DNA of 64,000 nucleotides from an uncultured Pseudomonadota bacterium (GTDB lineage: Bacteria; Pseudomonadota; Alphaproteobacteria; JACZXZ01): NCBI GenBank assembly GCA_963749075.1, contig CAVVLJ010000021.1, forward strand, positions 352,001 through 416,000, given 5' to 3'. Numbering within the stretch: the stretch's first letter is position 1; each line of letters starts with the position of its first letter. Positions 59,499 through 64,000 of the stretch are shown in pieces. The translations under genes were made by a program, and so were the position numbers. The notes below the pieces were generated by a model that was not told the DNA's origin, ran no database searches, and saw only the letters and a program-made list of their open reading frames with translations.

Positions 59499-61757
59499 AT
59501 GAAGATCGCGTGCCTGGGCGGCGGGCCGGGCGGGCTCTACGCCGCCATCCTCATGAAGAAGGCCGAGCCGCACGCCGACATCGCGGTCTACGAGCGCAAC
59601 CGAACCGGCGACACCTTCGGCTTCGGCGTCGTCTTCTCGGACGCCACGCTCGCCAATCTCGGCGAGGCCGACGGCGAGAGCTATGCGGAGATCCGCCGGC
59701 ACTTCGCCCACTGGGACGACATCGACATCCATGTGAAGGGCGAGGTCCTGAGCTCGACCGGCCACGGCTTCTGCGGCTGCCCGAGGAAGGTGCTGCTCAA
59801 CATCCTCCAGGCGCGCGCCGCCGCCCTCGGCGTCCGCCTCTTATTCGAGCACCCGTTCGACGATATCGCACCCTTCGCCGATTGCGATCTCGTGGTGGCG
59901 GCGGACGGCGTCAACTCAAGCCTGCGCCGGAAATACGCCGAGGCCTTCGAGCCGCACGCCGAGAGCGGCGCCAACCGCTTCATCTGGCTCGGCACGCGGG
60001 CGCGTTTTCCCGCCTTCACCTTCATCTTCAAGGAGAACGAGCACGGCCTCTGGCGCGTGCACGCCTATCAATACGCGGCGGGGGAGGCCACCTTCATCGT
60101 CGAGTGCACGGCTGAAACCTTCGCCAAAAGCGGCCTCGCCGACGACGACGAGGCAGGGGCGCTCGCCTATTGCGAGCGGCTCTTCGCGCGCGAGCTCGGC
60201 GGCGCGGCGCTGCTGCCCAACCGCTCCATCTGGCGCAATTTCCCCGAGGTGCGCACCGGGCGCTGGCATTTCGGCAAGGTGGTCCTCCTCGGAGATGCCG
60301 CGCATACGGCGCATTTCTCCATCGGCTCGGGCACCAAGCTCGCCATGGAGGATGCCATCGCCCTCTCGGCAGCACTCGCGCGCCATGCCGGCGACGTGCC
60401 CGCAGCGCTTCTGGCTTACGAGGCGGCGCAGCGGCCCGAGGTCGAGGCGGTGCAGCGCGCCGCGCGCGTGAGCCAGCGCTGGTTCGAGGAGAGCGAGCGC
60501 TATCACGCCCACCTCGAGCCGCTCGAGTTCGCCTTCAGCCTATTGACCCGCTCGCTGCGCATCAGCCACGAGAGCCTCAAGCTGCGCGATGCCGCCTTCG
60601 TGGCCGCGGTCGACCGCTGGTACGCGGCGAAGGCGGCCAACCAGTCGGGCGTCAACATCCCGACGGCGCCCCCGCCGCCGCCCATGTTCACGCCCTTCCG
60701 CCTGCGCGAGATGGTGCTGCAGAACCGCGTCGTGGTGTCGCCCATGTGCCAGTATTCGGCCGCGGACGGCACCGTCGGCGACTGGCACCTCGTGCATCTC
60801 GGAAGCCGCGCTCTCGGCGGCGCCGGCCTCGTGATGTCGGAGATGACGGACGTGAGCCCCGAGGCGCGCATCACGCCCGGCTGCGCCGGCATGTGGAAGC
60901 CCGAGCACGCGGCGGCCTGGCGCCGCATCGTCGAGTTCGTCCACCGCGGGAGCTTCGCCAAGATCGGCCTGCAGCTCGCGCATGCCGGGCGGAAGGGTGC
61001 TACGCGGCTCTCCTGGGAGGGTGCGGACGAGCCGCTCGCGGCCGCCGCCTGGCCCCTGCTGGCACCCTCGCCCATCCCCTATCTCGCCGAGAGCCAGGTG
61101 CCGCGCGCCATGACGAGCACCGACATGGAGAAGGTGTGCCGCGACTTCGTAGCATCGGCACTGCTCGCCGAGGAGGCCGGCTTCGATCTTCTCGAGCTCC
61201 ACTTCGCCCACGGCTATCTCCTCTCCTCCTTCCTCTCGCCGCTCACCAACCGGCGCGAGGACGCCTACGGCGGCAGCCTCGAGAACCGCATGCGCTTTCC
61301 CCTCGAGGTGTTCGCCGCGGTGCGCGCGGCATGGCCGGCAGCGAAGCCGATCTCGGTGCGCATCTCGGCGACCGACTGGGTGCCGGGCGGCTTCGCGGGC
61401 GGCGATGCGGTGCGTCTCGCCGCAGCGCTCAAGGCGCTCGGCTGCGACATCGTCAACGTCTCGGCGGGCCAGGTGGTGCCCGAGCAGGCGCCCGCTTACG
61501 GCCGCCTCTTCCAGACGCCGTTCTCCGAGCGCGTGCGCCTCGAGGCCGGCATCCCCACCATGACCGTCGGCAACATCTCGACCTTCGAGGACGTGAACGG
61601 CGTGCTCGCCGCCGGTCGCGCCGATCTCTGCGTCTTGGCGCGCGCGCACCTCTACGATCCCTATTGGACGCGCCACATGGCGGCGAAGCAGGGCTACGCG
61701 ATCGCCTGGCCCAAGCCCTACCACACCATCGACGGCTACGAGCCGCGCTTCATGTGA
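59499..61757 (+). CDS. Bifunctional salicylyl-CoA 5-hydroxylase / anthraniloyl-CoA monooxygenase-reductase
   Basis: GGGPGG FAD site, [36 protein letters not shown]; OYE-type C-domain [17 protein letters not shown]. Confidence 0.93.
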   Translation: MKIACLGGGPGGLYAAILMKKAEPHADIAVYERNRTGDTFGFGVVFSDATLANLGEADGESYAEIRRHFAHWDDIDIHVKGEVLSSTGHGFCGCPRKVLLNILQARAAALGVRLLFEHPFDDIAPFADCDLVVAADGVNSSLRRKYAEAFEPHAESGANRFIWLGTRARFPAFTFIFKENEHGLWRVHAYQYAAGEATFIVECTAETFAKSGLADDDEAGALAYCERLFARELGGAALLPNRSIWRNFPEVRTGRWHFGKVVLLGDAAHTAHFSIGSGTKLAMEDAIALSAALARHAGDVPAALLAYEAAQRPEVEAVQRAARVSQRWFEESERYHAHLEPLEFAFSLLTRSLRISHESLKLRDAAFVAAVDRWYAAKAANQSGVNIPTAPPPPPMFTPFRLREMVLQNRVVVSPMCQYSAADGTVGDWHLVHLGSRALGGAGLVMSEMTDVSPEARITPGCAGMWKPEHAAAWRRIVEFVHRGSFAKIGLQLAHAGRKGATRLSWEGADEPLAAAAWPLLAPSPIPYLAESQVPRAMTSTDMEKVCRDFVASALLAEEAGFDLLELHFAHGYLLSSFLSPLTNRREDAYGGSLENRMRFPLEVFAAVRAAWPAAKPISVRISATDWVPGGFAGGDAVRLAAALKALGCDIVNVSAGQVVPEQAPAYGRLFQTPFSERVRLEAGIPTMTVGNISTFEDVNGVLAAGRADLCVLARAHLYDPYWTRHMAAKQGYAIAWPKPYHTIDGYEPRFM

Positions 61758-61934
61758 GCGGCGGCGAGCGGCCCCGCATCTTGCATGTGGGCCGCCGCCA
61801 ACCACATGAAGGGGGGGAGCCCCGCGCAGCGGTACCGCGGCGGGATTGCCTAAAATCCGAGCCTTGCGACGTGCTGGGCTCGGCAAGCGCGTAGTGTGCT
61901 ATACTTCCTTCGGGTTCGGGCTGGGAGGCGGATC

Positions 61935-62453
61935 ATGGTCAGAGCGGCACGGAAGGGCGGCGGCAGGCCGGCCGGCAAAGCGAGAGCAGCGCGACCTACG
62001 CCCACGCGGGGCGTGCGCCGGAGCACGCTCGCGGCTCTTGTCACGCTCACGAGCCGCCTCTTCGCGAGAGCCCTCCACGACCGCCTGGTGCCGCACGGCG
62101 TCGCCCCCGGCCAGCTCCCGGTTCTCCAGCGCCTGTGGGGCGGCGACGGCCTCACCCAGGCCGAGCTCGCGCGCGCGGTGCGCGTCGAGCAGCCGACCAT
62201 GGCGCGCACGCTCGACCGCATGGCGCGCGACGGCCTCATCGAGCGGGTGCCGAGCAAGAAGGACCGCCGCGCCTTCAACGTGCGCCTGACCGCGCGCGGC
62301 CGCGCCTTGCGCCGGGCGGTCGAGGGCGAGGCCGCGGCCGTCGAGCGCCTCGCCGTGGCCCCGCTCAAGCGGGACGCGCGGGACGGCCTCGCCCGGGCGC
62401 TCGCCCAGGTGGCCGAGCGCCTCGGCGCCACGGCCGGCGGCGAGGACGGCTGA
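61935..62453 (+). CDS. MarR family regulator
   Basis: LTQAELARAVRVEQPTMARTLDRMARDGLI, DRR. Confidence 0.88.
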   Translation: MVRAARKGGGRPAGKARAARPTPTRGVRRSTLAALVTLTSRLFARALHDRLVPHGVAPGQLPVLQRLWGGDGLTQAELARAVRVEQPTMARTLDRMARDGLIERVPSKKDRRAFNVRLTARGRALRRAVEGEAAAVERLAVAPLKRDARDGLARALAQVAERLGATAGGEDG

Positions 62454-62471
62454 CGCCGGGCCCGCGCGGGC

Positions 62472-63761
62472 TCAGAGCCCGAGCAGCCGCGGCAGCCACA
62501 GCGAGATGGTCGGCACGTAGGTCACCAGCATCAGCACGAGGAACATGACCCCGTAGAAGGGCCAGATCTTCAGCATCACCTCCTCCATCTTCACCTTGCC
62601 GACGGCGCAGCCGACGAAGAGGATGGCGCCCACGGGCGGATGGCAGAGGCCGATGCCCAGGTTCAGCATCATGATCATGCCGAAATGCACCGGGTCGACG
62701 CCGAAGCTGGTGACCATGGGCAGCAGGATCGGCGTGCAGATGAGGATGGAGGGCGCCATGTCCATGACGCAGCCGAGCACGAGCAGCATGACGTTGATCA
62801 TCATGAGAATGACGTTCTTGTCGTGCGACAGCGTGAGGAAGAAGGCGGTGATGTGCGCCGGCATCTGCATGAGGGCCATGACGTAGCCGACGCTCGCGGC
62901 AAAGGCGATGAGCGTCATCACCATGGCGACCGTGCGCATGGTGCGGTGGACGAGGGCCGGCAGGTCGCGCCAGCGGTAGTCGCGGTAGATGAACATCGTC
63001 ACGAAGAAGGCCCAGACGCAGGCGACGGCACCCGCCTCGATCGCGGTGAAGATGCCGCCCAGGATGCCGCCCAGGATGATGGCGAGCGTAATCAGGCCCC
63101 AGAGCGCCTCGACCGAGAGCCTGAGCCCCTCGCGGAACGGCACGCGCTCGCCGCGCGGATGGCCGTGGCGGTAGGCGAGCGCCAGGCAAAGGATAAGAAG
63201 TGCGGTGCCGAGCAGGAGGCCGGGGACGACGCCGGCCATGAAGAGGGCGATGACCGAGATGGTGCCGCCGGTCGCCAGCGAATAGATGACCGCATTGTGG
63301 CTCGGTGGTACTAAGAGCGCCTGGACCGAGGCGGTGATCGTGACGTTGGTGGCGAAGACGCGCGGATAGCCGCTCTTCTCCATCTGGGGGATCATCACCG
63401 AGCCGATCGCCGAGGTGTCGGCCACCGCCGAGCCGGAGATGCCGGAGAGGAAGGTGGTGGCGATGATGTTGACCGCCGAGAGCCCGCCGCGCACGCGCGT
63501 CAGCCCGACGAGCACGTTGGCGAAGGCCACCAGGCGCCGCGCCATGCCGCCCTCCGCCATGATGGCGCCGGCCAGCACGAAGAAGGGAATGGTGAGCATG
63601 GCGAACTTCGAGACGCCGCTCGAGATCTGCAGCATCACCGCCTCGGGCGGGATGCCGAGGCGCCAGGCGCCGACGAGGGCGGCTAAGCCCAGCGAATAGG
63701 CGATCGGCACGCCGAGCGCGAAGAAGACGAAGAGGCTGCCCAGCACGAAGAGGATGTCCAC
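62472..63761 (-). CDS. TRAP transporter large permease (DctM)
   Basis: IPFFVLAG, GISGSAVAD, PPSHN, DPVHFG, HPPVG. Confidence 0.93.
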   Translation of the reverse strand: MDILFVLGSLFVFFALGVPIAYSLGLAALVGAWRLGIPPEAVMLQISSGVSKFAMLTIPFFVLAGAIMAEGGMARRLVAFANVLVGLTRVRGGLSAVNIIATTFLSGISGSAVADTSAIGSVMIPQMEKSGYPRVFATNVTITASVQALLVPPSHNAVIYSLATGGTISVIALFMAGVVPGLLLGTALLILCLALAYRHGHPRGERVPFREGLRLSVEALWGLITLAIILGGILGGIFTAIEAGAVACVWAFFVTMFIYRDYRWRDLPALVHRTMRTVAMVMTLIAFAASVGYVMALMQMPAHITAFFLTLSHDKNVILMMINVMLLVLGCVMDMAPSILICTPILLPMVTSFGVDPVHFGMIMMLNLGIGLCHPPVGAILFVGCAVGKVKMEEVMLKIWPFYGVMFLVLMLVTYVPTISLWLPRLLGL

Positions 63762-63780
63762 GCCCGTCCCCTCCCGGCGA

Positions 63781-64000
63781 CTACTCGAAGGCGGCGGCGC
63801 CGTTGCCGGCGGCCGCGTCCTCAGGCGGCGGCCCGATGAGGAGACGCTCGACGACGAAGAGAAGGGTGATGGCGCCGCCCGCCGGGATCGGCAGGTAGGT
63901 GACGCCGACCGAGAGGAAGGGGAACTCGTCGATCACCTGGTGCCAGGTGGTCTCGACCAGCCCCAGGCCCCAGATCAGCATGAAGATGCTGATGAGCGCC
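63781..64000 (-). CDS. TRAP transporter small permease (DctQ); 5' end off the window
   Basis: C-terminal TM segment YLPIPAGGAITLLFVVE directly upstream of dctM. Confidence 0.8.
   Translation of the reverse strand, partial: ALISIFMLIWGLGLVETTWHQVIDEFPFLSVGVTYLPIPAGGAITLLFVVERLLIGPPPEDAAAGNGAAAFE

Overview
High-GC alphaproteobacterial chromosome segment; gene content and synteny suggest Rhodospirillales-like. The backbone is housekeeping and metabolic: acetoacetate-CoA ligase, asparaginase-trmH-ialB...rlmN-argG, folD, tRNA-Ala(CGC), ccmABCDE, an acyl-CoA ligase/branched-chain ABC transporter operon, an anthraniloyl/salicylyl-CoA monooxygenase cluster and a TRAP transporter. Accessory material: (1) a ~7.4-kb minus-strand island between ialB and rlmN encoding an exported protease set, i.e. 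two near-identical signal-peptide caspases with different C-terminal modules (Sel1 repeats; a copy of the neighbouring IalB domain), a papain-like C1 peptidase, an OmpA-like protein and an unknown secreted protein; (2) a ~2.2-kb islet splitting the ABC operon, with a LexA box, DUF5131, truncated tcmP and Xre-RES, bounded by possible recombination half-sites; (3) tandem JmjC/cupin oxygenases with CelD-like GNATs; (4) a DUF692/DUF2063 (MNIO) pair with no visible precursor; (5) a probable multi-hairpin sRNA with C-rich loops upstream of ccmA; (6) four toxin-antitoxin loci and four families of intergenic palindromic repeats. Five genes carry small frameshifts, probably sequencing indels. All family calls come from motif recognition by eye; no searches were run.
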